NCBI GenBank assembly: GCA_002189035.1
Contig: NEEC01000014.1
Coordinates: 1,860,001-1,924,000, forward strand
DNA from: Utricularia gibba
Taxonomy: Eukaryota; Plantae; Magnoliophyta
Length of the DNA: 64,000 nucleotides
Direction: 5' to 3'
Shown piece by piece: positions 10,747-22,674 of this stretch. The notes beneath the pieces were generated by a model. It had not been told where the DNA came from. It was given only the letters and a program-made list of their open reading frames with translations, and ran no database searches. Both the position numbers and the translations under genes were made by a program. The stretch's first letter is position 1; each line of letters starts with the position of its first letter.

Positions 10747-13728
10747 ATGAGCACCGCTGCGAGTGTCTTGTTCCTTGTACTGCTGCTGGCATTTAGTGTA
10801 GCACTGTCTTCTTCTTTCTCTTCATTATCTTATTCGCAGAAAATCGTCACTACGCTTCCCGGTTATCGAGGAACTCTTCCCTTCAAACTTGAAACTGGGT
10901 ATGTCTTTTGGGGATTCTCAATATCTCGTTTTTAGAGCATCTCCATTGGTTTTTACAATTACACTTCCATTTCGTTTATTAGATTTTTTATTAGATTTCC
11001 GTAAATTATTATATATATGTAGTTTTGTTTTCGAATTTTCATATTTTCATTATGAAAATTCATTAAAATGTATATAAAAAGTATAACATTTTAAATTTTT
11101 AGAAATGATTTGTATTATTACGAAAATAATTGTACATAAAATAAATATTTAGTAACTAAATTTTAGAAAATATAGTAAAATTGACATGACACTCCAAATT
11201 TCCGTAAACTATTCAAGATGGTGTTAATGTCGTTTTATTATGTGGGGTGTGATGTGAGTCTGGCTGCTGCAGGTACATACCCGTGGGAGAGAATGAAGAG
11301 ATCCAGTTGTTTTATTACTTCATTGAGTCCCAGGGGAACCCACGGGCCGACCCGTTATTTCTCTGGCACAGCGGCGGGCCGGGTTGCTCCGCCTTCTCTG
11401 GTCTCATCTACGAAATCGGCAAGTCCTTCGTTATCAACGAAATCAGGGGCTATGAATTTGTTGTTGCTTTTCTTTTTTTTTTTAAGCAGATCAAGCTTGA
11501 AGTATGAGTCTTTACATACGAATCGTAATCAGTGAACACCAACCTGTACTTTTCCTTGACCTTTGATCCGGATTAAAAGGGACTTAGTATCGTTGTTTGC
11601 TTTTCTTTTGTTTTGGAAGGCGATATGATCTCAAACGACTGTATTTGTAGGTCCCTTGTCTTTTGATATAGAGAATTTTGATGGAAGCTTGCCGTCACTT
11701 CTTCTGAGATATCATGACTGGACTAAGGTAACCCCATTTTACACACAAAGTTGCTTCTTTAGATTTGCAGTTGTAAACTCTTGTGATGATAATCAGCCGC
11801 AAATTCGGTTACATGTCTCTATATGTGGGTCTTTTCCTTTTGTTTTTTTATCAGCTTGCAAACATCATTTTCCTGGATTCCCCTACTGGAACTGGATTCT
11901 CTTATGACAACACGACAAAGGGTTACCATTCATCCGACACTGAGAACGCTGAAATCAACTACGAGTTCTTGAGAAAGGTCCTTAGTCTATGGTGGATTCT
12001 ATGCCTCCGTTACAAAACTTAACTCTATTTCATTTCTCCAGTGGCTGTTGAATCACCCGAGCTTCCTTGAGAATCCTCTATACATTGCCGGGGATTCTTA
12101 TGGAGGAAAAATTGCTGTCTTGGTTGCCAACGAAGTCGCAAAAGGTGGTATCTTTATGTTTCTTCTTTCATGCACAAGCATCATTTGGCTGAACTGTGTT
12201 TATCTATTCTTTAAAGGCATCGTTCAAGGACATCAGCCTCCTATGGCTATGCAGGTAAATGATCAATCATTCATCCTCCACTTGTGATTTCCCTCTAAAG
12301 AACTTCTGGTGGATAGTTTTGATTTTGACTCGCTTCCTGTATGTAAAGGGGTACATCATCGGTAACTCGAGAAATGATCAATTCCATGACTGCAACGAAA
12401 AAGTCCCATATGCTCATCGGATGGCCCTGGTTTCTGATGAACATTATAACGTATGTAGTTTGTTGTTCATTCTATCCTTTGCTTTGCTGCAGTCCCTTGA
12501 GTCCATTCCCTCCATAATGTGATTATTTCAGCGTGCAAAACAAGCATGTGATGGTAACTACTACAATCCAAAAGCTAGCAACAGTGAATGTGTCGACGCA
12601 CTCCGTAGTATTCAGAAGGTGAGCTTGACTGCTAATATTATGGTTCCAATGCAGCATTCACACAGTTGTATTGTATTTACAGTGCCTCGGCAAGATAAAC
12701 AACGCCCATATTTTGGAGCCTAACTGCAACTTCGCAACTCCGAGGCTTGGAAACAAACTGGGAGTGAAGCAAGACTGCAAGCCGTATTTGGACGATGATC
12801 TTCCCGAAAACTTCATTCGCATGCCAGTAACAAAGAAACTTTGGTGCCCGGTAATAAGCTAGCAAGCAAGCATCTTTTTCTTTGGCAAGTAAGTTCAGCT
12901 TCTGATGGAGCTGAATCATTTCTACACTTTTGTGTTTGCAGAATAAAAAATACATCACCTCGTATGTTTGGGCAAACGATCCATCTGTTAGAGAAGCTCT
13001 TGGTGTTAGAAATGTATCGTTCTCTCCTTCAAAGCCACCTGATTTTTTCCTCAAATGGTTGCTGATCCTGGCTGAATTTCAGGGAACCGTGAGTTACTGG
13101 AGAAGGTGTCACCGGGACTTGTCCGATGCACACACTGAGAACGTACTTAGTCTGAACAGCATCCACCGTTCTCTCAGTGACCAAGGCTATCGATCCTTGG
13201 TCTTCAGGTGTGCCATAGTTCATCAAGAAGTGAAAAAACACACGAGAATTTGTTCCTCACAGAATGCAGCCAATTTCTTCCCACTGTTGATGCAGTGGAG
13301 ACCATGACATGATAATGCCTTACATGAGCACCCTGCAATGGATTCGCAAACTGAACCTCAGCATCGCCGAGGAATGGAGACCGTGGGACGTGAACGGCCA
13401 AATCGCAGGGCAAGTTGTCTCCACCCCATCAACTAAATCAATCCCATAACGTGTAAGACTCATCAGTATACCCCTTTTTTGTGCAGGTACACGATGAGCT
13501 ACCAGAACGGCGAAGCCTCTCTCACATTCGCCACCATCAAGGTTAGATTCAGGCATCGGCGAAAGCTGTGGTCTTGTACAGCGGATCCGTTGGGTCCCTT
13601 CCAAAATCGTTTTTTAGCGGCGCTTAACACTATTCTTTTTTCAGGGCGCCGGGCATACGGCGCCGGAATTCATGCCAGAAGAATGCTACGCGATGATAGA
13701 GAGATGGCTCACCACCTTCCCACTGTGA
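10747..13728 (+). CDS. Serine carboxypeptidase-like protein, clade IA (acyltransferase-type), copy 1; 14 exons
   Basis: Exons 10747-10898, 11273-11418, 11651-11727, 11855-11977, 12042-12144, 12217-12254, 12349-12450, 12532-12618, 12683-12850, 12942-13013, 13083-13207, 13296-13409, 13487-13541, 13645-13728. Signal peptide; LPFKLETGY; WHSGGPGCS; [13 protein letters not shown]; triad motifs GDSYGG, SGDHD, GAGHTAP. Confidence 0.93.
10935..11223. mobile_element. Tourist/PIF-like MITE in SCPL copy 1 intron 1
   Basis: TTA TSD at 10932-34 and 11224-26. The left end gagcatctcc is a typical Tourist TIR; the right end is degenerate (caagatggtg). The empty site gtttTTAatgtcg is at about 15831-15843. Confidence 0.8.
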
Positions 13729-13980
13729 TGGGCATCACACTATTTTTCGAATGCGTTTGCCACTTGTGTTTAAAATTTGTGATTGAAAAACTTTTGATTT
13801 TTTATTTTTGTAAAATTCTTACATTATAAAAATAATGTAATGATTGATTGTATTTACGGTGTGTTGCTGGACACTTTGACTGAGCGGGGCGGGCCCACCT
13901 GTTGTATAGTGATTTAATTAAATAATTTTTTTACTAATAGAAAATAAAATAAATGATTTTTAGGTTATTAATATACCAAT

Positions 13981-14495
13981 CAGTGTTTTAAAATCATGGG
14001 TTCGATCCATCGTTCGACCTGGTTAGATCCAAACCCATACTTTTATGGGTTGGATCTAATTAAATTCTTTTACTTCCATTTCATTTTTTTAATTTTCTAA
14101 TTTTTTTTAGATAAATAATTAATAACAAATATAAAAGATATGAAAAATATTTGATATATGTATATTAATTAATCTTAATAATTATATTTTTATATATGTA
14201 GTTATATTGATAGTAAAAAATATTCATCTATAGTTGGATTATATATTATTTGAATGAGATAATGAACAATGAAAATGATTTAATGTAATACTATCAATTG
14301 TTTATGTATATATATATTTAATTTTCTATATTTTTAATATTTTGATAATTAAAGTATGATTTTATAATTATAATTTAATATTTTAATAAATATAATCAAA
14401 ATTTATCGAACCACATTCAACCCATATTAAAAATGGTTTCAACCCAAAACCATAACAAAACGGTTCAATGGGTTTAACCGATTTTTAAAACACTT
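13981..14495. mobile_element. hAT-family MITE (non-autonomous)
   Basis: TIR CAGTGTTTTAAAA / TTTTAAAACACTT. 8-bp TSD ataccaat (13973-80) / ataccaac (14496-503). AT-rich interior with AACCC/GGTT subterminal motifs. The empty site ataccaac is at 18603-18610. Confidence 0.88.
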
Positions 14496-15477
14496 ATACC
14501 AACTATAAAAATCCAAACGGCAATTTCGCGGCTTTGATCATGTGTACCATCCTCGCTATTTCCTGAATATTCATTAAAACCACATGTCTTCTGGCACAAA
14601 GCATTCATTCAAGACACATGAGCCCTGTCCTTCCCCCCGTCGAGACAAAGCTTTCGTCTAATTACACTCATCCAATGAGATAACGACGCGTGTCGGCAGA
14701 GGATGGAAAATTTTACTAATAAAATTATATAGTTAAAAATCAAAATTTTAATATAAAAAATGCAAATGACACGATTGATTCTTTGTTCACGTAAGGGAAG
14801 CCTTTAATATTGAAATTGATTCATTGACCGATTGAAATTGGGAAAAGAAGGGCTAGTTCCCATCCACCAACAAAAAAAGAAACACGTGGGGAATCGAAAA
14901 TTGAAAGCTTCAAAGTAAAGGCGGACACGTCGTCTGCTGTCCGTATCCGAAGGCGACACGTATACAATGTCGATCGATAATTTCAGTCACCCTACCCACC
15001 GCTTTCACATCAACGGGTGAAATGAAATTGCATGTATTAATTCACTCAACTAATTTTCCCAAAAAAAAAGGGAGAAAGAAAACAAACATCATTAATATAA
15101 AGGTACATGTTTAAAATAGGTTCAAATCATCCTACCATTCATTTTATAATTTTCAAAAAATAATAAATTAGAGTTAAATAATATCTAATTGTGAGCTTCA
15201 AAAAATTATTTATTTTTAACAATGCGCTATGTAATGATTTAGGCAGGTGGGTTGATTTTAATAATTCTCGTGTTATCGTTGTATGTGGGAATAAAAAATA
15301 ATTTAATTGACATTATTCATTATATATAATAATATTTTTAATAAATTGACATTCCGTTAGTAAAATGTGGCTTTGAAAGGGAATGGGAACTGACAGTTTG
15401 AAAATTTATTTTGAAATATTTAGTCACCATCTAAAACACATCATAATACTATGTTTATGAGAATCCTTAGAGCAAAC

Positions 15478-15500
15478 CACGTGAACTCACCTAACCACCA
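15478..15500 (+). promoter_or_regulatory. G-box adjacent to an AC-II MYB site, SCPL copy 2 promoter
   Basis: CACGTG followed by CACCTAACCA. Confidence 0.45.
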
Positions 15501-15643
15501 GGCACCAGGGCGGCGGCTGGAGAAGGGTCTTATGAGCCATCAGAAAGGGACTCCGTGCAGCGACATCGGCGTCTATATGAGTTCCATTCGAGCCCATCCA
15601 TTCATCCAGCGGTGCATCGTTCTACCCCAGCAGGCAACATCAA

Positions 15644-18357
15644 ATGAGCTCCGCTGCAAGTGTCTTGTTCCTCGTACTGCTGCTGGCATTTACTGTAGCA
15701 GTGTCTTCTTCTTTCTCTTCATTATCTTCTTCGGAGAAAATCGTCACTACGCTTCCTGGTTACCCAGGAACTCTTCCCTTCAAACTTGAAACTGGGTATG
15801 TTTTCTTCTCTTGGGTATTCTCAAGATCGCGTTTTTAATGTCGTTTTAATATGTGGGGTGTGATGTGAATCTGGTTGCAGGTACATACCTGTGGGAGAGA
15901 ATGAAGAGATCCAGTTGTTTTATTACTTCATCGAGTCCCAGGGGAACCCACGGGCCGACCCGTTATTTCTCTGGCACAGCGGTGGGCCGGGTTGCTCCGC
16001 CTTCTCTGGTCTCATCTACGAAATCGGCAAGTTCTTCGTTATCAACGAAATCAGGGGGCTATGAATTTGTTGTTGTTTCTTTTTTTTTTTTAAAGCAGAT
16101 CAAGCTTGAAGTATGAGTTTTTACACATGAATCGTAATCAGAGAACACCAACCTGTACTTTTCCTTGACCTTTGATCGGAATTAAAAAGGACTTCGTATC
16201 GTTGTCATTAAGTTAAAGTACATGAATTCGTTGTTTGCTTTTCTTTTGTTTCGGAAGGCGATATGATTTCAAACGACTGTATTTGTAGGTCCCTTGTCTT
16301 TTGATTTAGAGAATTTTGATGGAAGCTTGCCGTCACTTCTTCTGAGATATTATGACTGGACTAAGGTAACCCCATTTTACTTACAAAGTTGCTTCTTTAG
16401 ATTTGCAGTTGTAAACTCTTGTGATGATAATCAGCCGCAAATTCGGTTACATGTCTCCACATGTGGGTGTTTTTGTTTTGTTTTTTTATCAGCTTGCAAA
16501 CATCATTTTCCTGGATTCCCCTGCTGGAACTGGATTCTCTTATGACAACACTACAAAGGGTTACCATTCATCCGACACTGAGAACGCTGAAATCAACTAC
16601 GAGTTCTTGAGAAAGGTCCGTAGTCTATGGTGGATTCTATGCCTCCGTTACAAAACTTAACTCTATTTCATTTCTCCAGTGGTTGTTGAATCACCCGAGC
16701 TTCCTTGAGAATCCTCTATACATTGCTGGGGATTCTTATGGAGGAAAAATTGCTGTCTTGGTTGCCAACGAAGTCGCAAAAGGTGGTATCTTTATGTTTC
16801 TTCTTTCATGCACAAGCATCATTTTTCTGAACTGTGTTTATCTATTCTTTAAAGGCATCGTTCAAGGACACCAACCTCCTATGGCTATGCAGGTAAATGA
16901 TCAACCCATCAGCCTCCACTTGTGATTTCCATCTGAAGAACTTGTGGTGGATGGTTTTGATTTTGACTCTTTTCCTGTATGTAAAGGGGTACATCATCGG
17001 TAACTCGAGAAATGATCAAATCAATGACTGCAACGAAAGAGTCCCATATGCTCATCGGATGGTCCTGGTTTCTGATGAACATTATAACGTATGTAGGTTG
17101 CTGTTCATTCTATCCTTTGCTTTGTTGCAGTCCCTTGAGTCCATTCCCTCCATAATGTGATTATTTCAGCGTGCAAAACAAGTATGTAATGGTAACTACT
17201 TCAATCCAAAAGCTAGCAACAGTGAATGTGTCGACGCACTCCGTAGTATTCAGAAGGTGAGCTTCACTGTCAATATTATGGTTCCAATGCAGCATTCACA
17301 CAGTTGTATTGTATTTACAGTGCATCAGTCAGATCAACACCGCCCATATTTTGGAGCCTAACTGCAACTTCGCAACTCCGAGGATTGGAAACAAACTGGG
17401 AGTGAAGCCAGACTGCAAGCCGTATTTGGACGATGATCTTCCTGACAACTTCATTCGCATGCCAGTAACAAAGAAGCTTTGGTGCAGGGTAATAAGCAAG
17501 CAAGCATCTTTTTCTTGTTCAGCTTCTGATGGAGCTGAATCATTTCTACCCTTTTGTGTTTGCAGAATCAAAATTACCTCACCTCGTATGTTTGGGCAAA
17601 TGATCCATCTGTTCGAGAAGCTCTTGGTGTTAGAAATGTATCATTCTCTCCTTCAAAGCCACCTGAGTTCCCCCCCCCCCCCCCAAATGGTTGCTGATGC
17701 TAGCTGAATTTCAGGGAACTGTGAGTTACTGGAGAAGGTGTCACCGGGACTTGTCGAAAGCACACAGTGAGAACGTATTTAGTCTGAACAGCATCCACCG
17801 TTCTCTCAGTGACCAAGGCTATCGATCCTTGGTCTTCAGGTGTGCCATAGTTCATCAAGAAATGAAAAAACACACGGGAATTCGTTCCTCACAGAATGCA
17901 ACCAATTTCTTCCTACTGTTGATGCAGTGGAGACCATGACATGACAATGCCTTACATGAGCACCCTCCAATGGATTCGCCAACTGAACCTCAGCATCGCC
18001 GAGGAATGGAGACCGTGGACGTGAACGGCCAAATCGCAGGGCAAGTTGCCTCCACCCCATCAACCAGATCAATCCCATAACGTGTAAGACTCATGAGTAT
18101 ACCCCTTTTTGTGCAGGTACACAATGAGCTACCAGAACGGTGAAGCCTCTCTCACATTCGCCACCATCAAGGTTAGATTCAGGCATCGGCGAAAGTTGTG
18201 GTCTTGCTCAGCGGATCCGTTGGGTCCATTCCAAAATCGTTTTTAGTGGCGCTTAACACCGTTTTTTTTTCAGGGCGCCGGGCATACGGCGCCGGAATAC
18301 ATGCCAGAAGAATGCTTCGCGATGATGGAGAGATGGCTCGCCACCTTCCCACTGTGA
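15644..18357 (+). CDS. Serine carboxypeptidase-like protein, clade IA, copy 2; one-base frameshift in exon 12
   Basis: Collinear with copy 1 in all 14 exons and near-identical at nucleotide level. Exon 12 reads ccgtggacgtga versus ccgtgggacgtga in copy 1 (missing G at 18017-18018), giving a premature TGA before the catalytic His exon (18274-18357). Confidence 0.9.
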
Positions 18358-18706
18358 TGGGCATCACACTATTTTTGGAATGTGTTTGCCACTTGTTTTA
18401 AAATTTGTGATTGAAAAACTTTTGATTTTTTATTTTTATAAAATTCTTACATTATAAAAATAATGTAATGATTGATTGTATTTACGGTGTGTTGCTGGAC
18501 ACTTCGACTGAACGGGGGTGGGCCCACCTGTTTGTAGAGTGATTTAATTAAATGAGTTTTTTACTAATAGAAAATCAAATAAATGATTTTTAGGTTATTA
18601 ATATACCAACTATAAAAATCCATACGACAACTTCGCGGCTTTCTGTTTCTTCCACCCTAAATTGTTGACTTCTCGGGCAATCTACGAAGCGAAAGCAAGA
18701 ACCTTG

Positions 18707-21700
18707 ATGGAGACCAACCAAAACCCCATTTCAGGGGAGGATTCCTCGCGGCCATGGGAATCATATAATACTGTATATACTACAGCGAAAGCAGGTTCTT
18801 TTATTTGGGACAATGGTTACGAGATTACATTGTACTTTGTTGCACTTCATGAGCGGGGATTTTTTTTTTTTTTTATTTTGATTGTGGAATCGCGTTTTCT
18901 AATAGGGATGGAAGGAGTGGACCGGGAGAAAGTGCAGAGGATAGTGTATGAGATGAGCAAAGGTTCCAAGTACTTTGAAAACGAGGAAAGAAAAGAGGCG
19001 TATGTGAAGAAGAAAATTGACAGTATGAGGGCGCAGCTAGAGAAGCTTACTGCTTCCAATTTATTGCAGTATGAGAAGGTATAAGTCAGATTTGCGGTAG
19101 CAAGGTGAACGATTGTGAAGTTTATATATGATTCTGATCAGTTGTCTGTTGTTTCCTCTGTGATGACAAATGGGTAGAAATTTTCTCCCGATCCCATTAG
19201 AAGCTTAATGTCATTTTGACTCCTAATATTGCATTTTTGGAGTATAAGTAATGTAGATGATGAATTTGTGTTGCTTAATATTGCACTACTATTTTTGAGT
19301 CATATGTACTCTAATTAACAATTGAACGCTGTCTGAAGATTGCGAACAGTAGGATCTTGGAATTAGAAGCTACTCGAGATCTTTCAAGGATCTGGCTGCA
19401 TGTGGATATGGATGCCTTTTATGCAGCAGTTGAGACACTCTGTGATACTTCCCTGAGAGGCAAGCCAATGGCCGTTGGCAGCATCTCTATGATCTCAACA
19501 GCAAATTATGAGGTTCAAATGGCTGATATTTTGATGCCTTTCATTTACCTTGACTTTGGCTTATTGTCACGCGCTTTGCCACTGGTCAGTAACCAGTTAA
19601 ACCTGATTATGAGTGACTATGATCTTTCAGGCCCGAAATTTCGGAGTTAGGGCTGCCATGCCTGGCTTTATTGCACGGAAATTATGTCCCCAACTGATTA
19701 TTGTTCCGACAGATTTTGAAAAATATACTTATTACAGCGGTCTCACAAGAGAAGGTTAGTAGTTTTATTTCCATGGTTTTTTTTATTGGTACTTTTTTCT
19801 TTGTGGAGTTCAATGATAAAATTTTCCCAATTCTTTTAAACGCTAGTTTTCCAGAAATATGATCCGCATTTCATTGCTGGAAGCTTGGATGAGGCTTATC
19901 TTGATATTTCAAACTTCTGCAGTGAAAATGGGATGTCTTCTGAGGAAGTATGTTGGAACATGAAGTATTTGTTCGCTTTGTCTATTTTATGGGAAGTAAT
20001 TTCTAATACTTCCCGTTTCATTTGGGCAAAGGTTGCTGCAGAACTTAGAGAAAGCGTTTTCAAGGTGACTGGATTAACATGCAGCGCTGGTGTGGCACCA
20101 AATAGGTTACTTGCTAAGGTTTTCATTTTTTTGGAAATTTTCTTAGCTATTTGTACTTTATGCACATTTTACTTACTCGTGGCTACTTGTGAGTGAAATA
20201 TTGTAGGTGCCTTTGTTCCTAGTTTGTAAATATTGCAGTCTGTTTTTTTCCTGGTCAGGTATGCTCTGATGTCAATAAGCCAAATGGCCAGTTCGTGCTG
20301 CCAAGTGAACGGACGGCGATCATGGCATTCATATCCTCTCTTCCTATAAGGAAGGTGAGTTTTGGATGCTTGTTCTTACATTTTCCACCCCAGCTTTCTA
20401 AAAAAATGCATTATATGGCTATGCTAGATTGGTGGTATTGGTAAAGTGACTGAAAATATCTTGAAGGGAGTCCTTGGAATTACAACATGCCAAGGAATAC
20501 TGCAGAAAAGTAGTAGTATTTGTGCTCTATTTTCTCATTCATCTGCAGGTTTGTAACATCATCACTTCTTTTCCATGCTCCCTGCTTGTTCCTGGTTAAG
20601 GTCTATTTGAAAACCAATGGAATGTTAAATGCATGTGCAAAGAGTTTCACATGCTTTTTTGTTCTCTGCTTGTTCTCTTGTTCAGTGTTCCTTTTTGGTA
20701 TCCATCCTCTTGCAGATTTTTTCTTGTGCGTTGGTTTGGGGATTGGGAGAACCGATACACCTGAATTATCCCAGAGGAAGAGTATTAGTACAGAGAGAAC
20801 CTTTTCACCTACAGATGATGCGACTTTACTTCACCAGAAACTAGGTAACTGAAATGGTCGACTGTTTGCTCCTGCGGTTGGACTATGTTACACCCAAGAT
20901 GCTGTATTCTGCGCTCTACATTTCATTAACATCAAGGTTTTTCAGTGGATCTATCAGAAAATCTCTCCTCTGACATGAAGAAGGAAGGTCTTTCCGGAAG
21001 AACATTAACCTTAAAGTTGAAAAGATCTTGTTTTGAGGTATCCTACTCTTTCCTCTTGCCTGAAGGGCTTACCAGAAACTTGTTGCAGAGATGCTGATCT
21101 CCTTGAAATGTAAATCGGAGTGTTGCAGGTTCGAACTCGTGCTATAACTCTCACAAATTACATTTGCTCGTGTGATGATATTCTGCGACATGCCACAAAG
21201 CTTCTCAAGGCTGAACTCTCAATATCACTCAGACTTATGGGTATGACAGCCAGCGCAGTGCTACTTAACACCTCATGGCACATTATGTTTAAAGATTTTT
21301 CATCCAGTTTACTCTTATTCAAACACTTCATATTGTTTGTTCGTATCCAGGGCTGCGAATATCACATTTCAATGAAGGTAAAAAGGGCGCTGAGACTGGT
21401 GACCCTAAACAAAAAAAACTCTCCAACTTCATGATGGCCCAGGTTCCTTTAGCCATAGATCCTCCAGATGTCGCTCTCTCAAAAACTGATCCGATTGGAA
21501 TCAATTCAGCCATCAGTGAAGAGACCTGCTCCTCTGGTCATAATCATTGTGGTTATGATACAGAGTTTGACAATCAGATGGATGACGTATAAAACTTGAG
21601 CTTTTTTAATCATTCATGGAGTTGTATGCACTTGTTTCTGTATCTTCATCTTCTCCTTCCTTGTGTTGGTCAGGCTGATGAGTACGGAAGCATGGGAGCT

Positions 21701-22164
21701 GCCAGAGCACTTGTCCTCACCGAAGCTACTCAATCAGCAGAAATCCATCCACCAAGTTCTGCCCTCAGCGAAGGCAACTGCAGCACAGACGTGGCTTCAC
21801 CAGACTCGAAAGAACCCATCCCCTGGATAAACAGTTACCAATGCTCCATTTGTGGGTTCGAGATACCCCCGGATCTCAAGGAAGAAAGACGAGAGCATCT
21901 TGACTACCACCTTGCGAAGCGTATGCAAGAGGACGAGTGGAAAAACAATGCAGGAAATGTCAAGAGGAATCAAAGGTAATATAAGCCCATTCCCATTGTT
22001 AGGTTTGGTAATCAGGGGAAAGAACCTATGGTGCAATGAATATTGTGTTTTCCAGGACGAGTGGAGAGGACGGCAGGAGCCACAGCACCCAAAGGAAGAA
22101 GAAGCAAAAAGCTTCTGGTTCAGATGTTCAGCAGCATATTCCTATCCATGCATTCTTCAACTAG
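18707..22164 (+). CDS. POLK: DNA polymerase kappa (Y-family translesion polymerase) with C-terminal UBZ zinc finger
   Basis: RPWESYNTVYTTAKAG; WLHVDMDAFYAAVE; STANYE; SLDEAYLDI; GLTCSAGVAPNRLLAK; DVNKPNGQFVL; IGGIGKVTE; RKSISTERTF; UBZ CSICG...HLDYHLA. About 14 exons joined at GT-AG sites; stop TAG 22162-22164. Confidence 0.93.
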
Positions 22165-22674
22165 AGCACTCAGAGTTCCTGATCTGTGCATAGGTAGTTT
22201 TCAGTATATTTAATAGGTATATCAAAATTTTACGTTTATTAAATAAGATAATATTTAAAAAAATAAAAAATTGGAGTAAGAATTTGTTCTTCTCTTTGAA
22301 ATATCTAAATTTCACCTTCTCATTCAATATTTTTAACTTTACTTTTTTATTTCAATTATTAAATAATGAAAGTATAATTATATTTTCTTTTTTATTAAAA
22401 TGTTTTTAATATATTTAAATTTAATGATCAAAAACAAATTGTTATCTCAAATAAAAATTTCACTAGCCAATTCATTGTTGGGATCTGTAAATGTCGGTTA
22501 CTGAAGCCCAATATATGGTTGGGCTTTATAAATGGATAGCAATGGGACCAGACCGGGTGCCCCCGTTTTTGTTTTTTTTGCAGTGATAAAAGCACGGTAC
22601 AGATGAAGCATGAGTTGCAGAGATCAACCCTTCAGCGGCCGCTGATCTGCCGGAGGAGGTGAGTTTGGGTCACA

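Larger units (their letters stand above)
9459..14535 (+). repeat. Tandem segmental duplication, unit 1 (MADS 3' flank, SCPL copy 1, POLK upstream region)
   Basis: gctttgatcatgtgtaccatcc at 9459 recurs at 14531. The unit end ataccaactataaaaatcc..tcgcggcttt at 14496-14535 recurs at 18603-18642. Confidence 0.95.
14531..18642 (+). repeat. Tandem segmental duplication, unit 2
   Basis: Collinear with unit 1 apart from three MITEs, one deletion and small indels. Confidence 0.95.
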
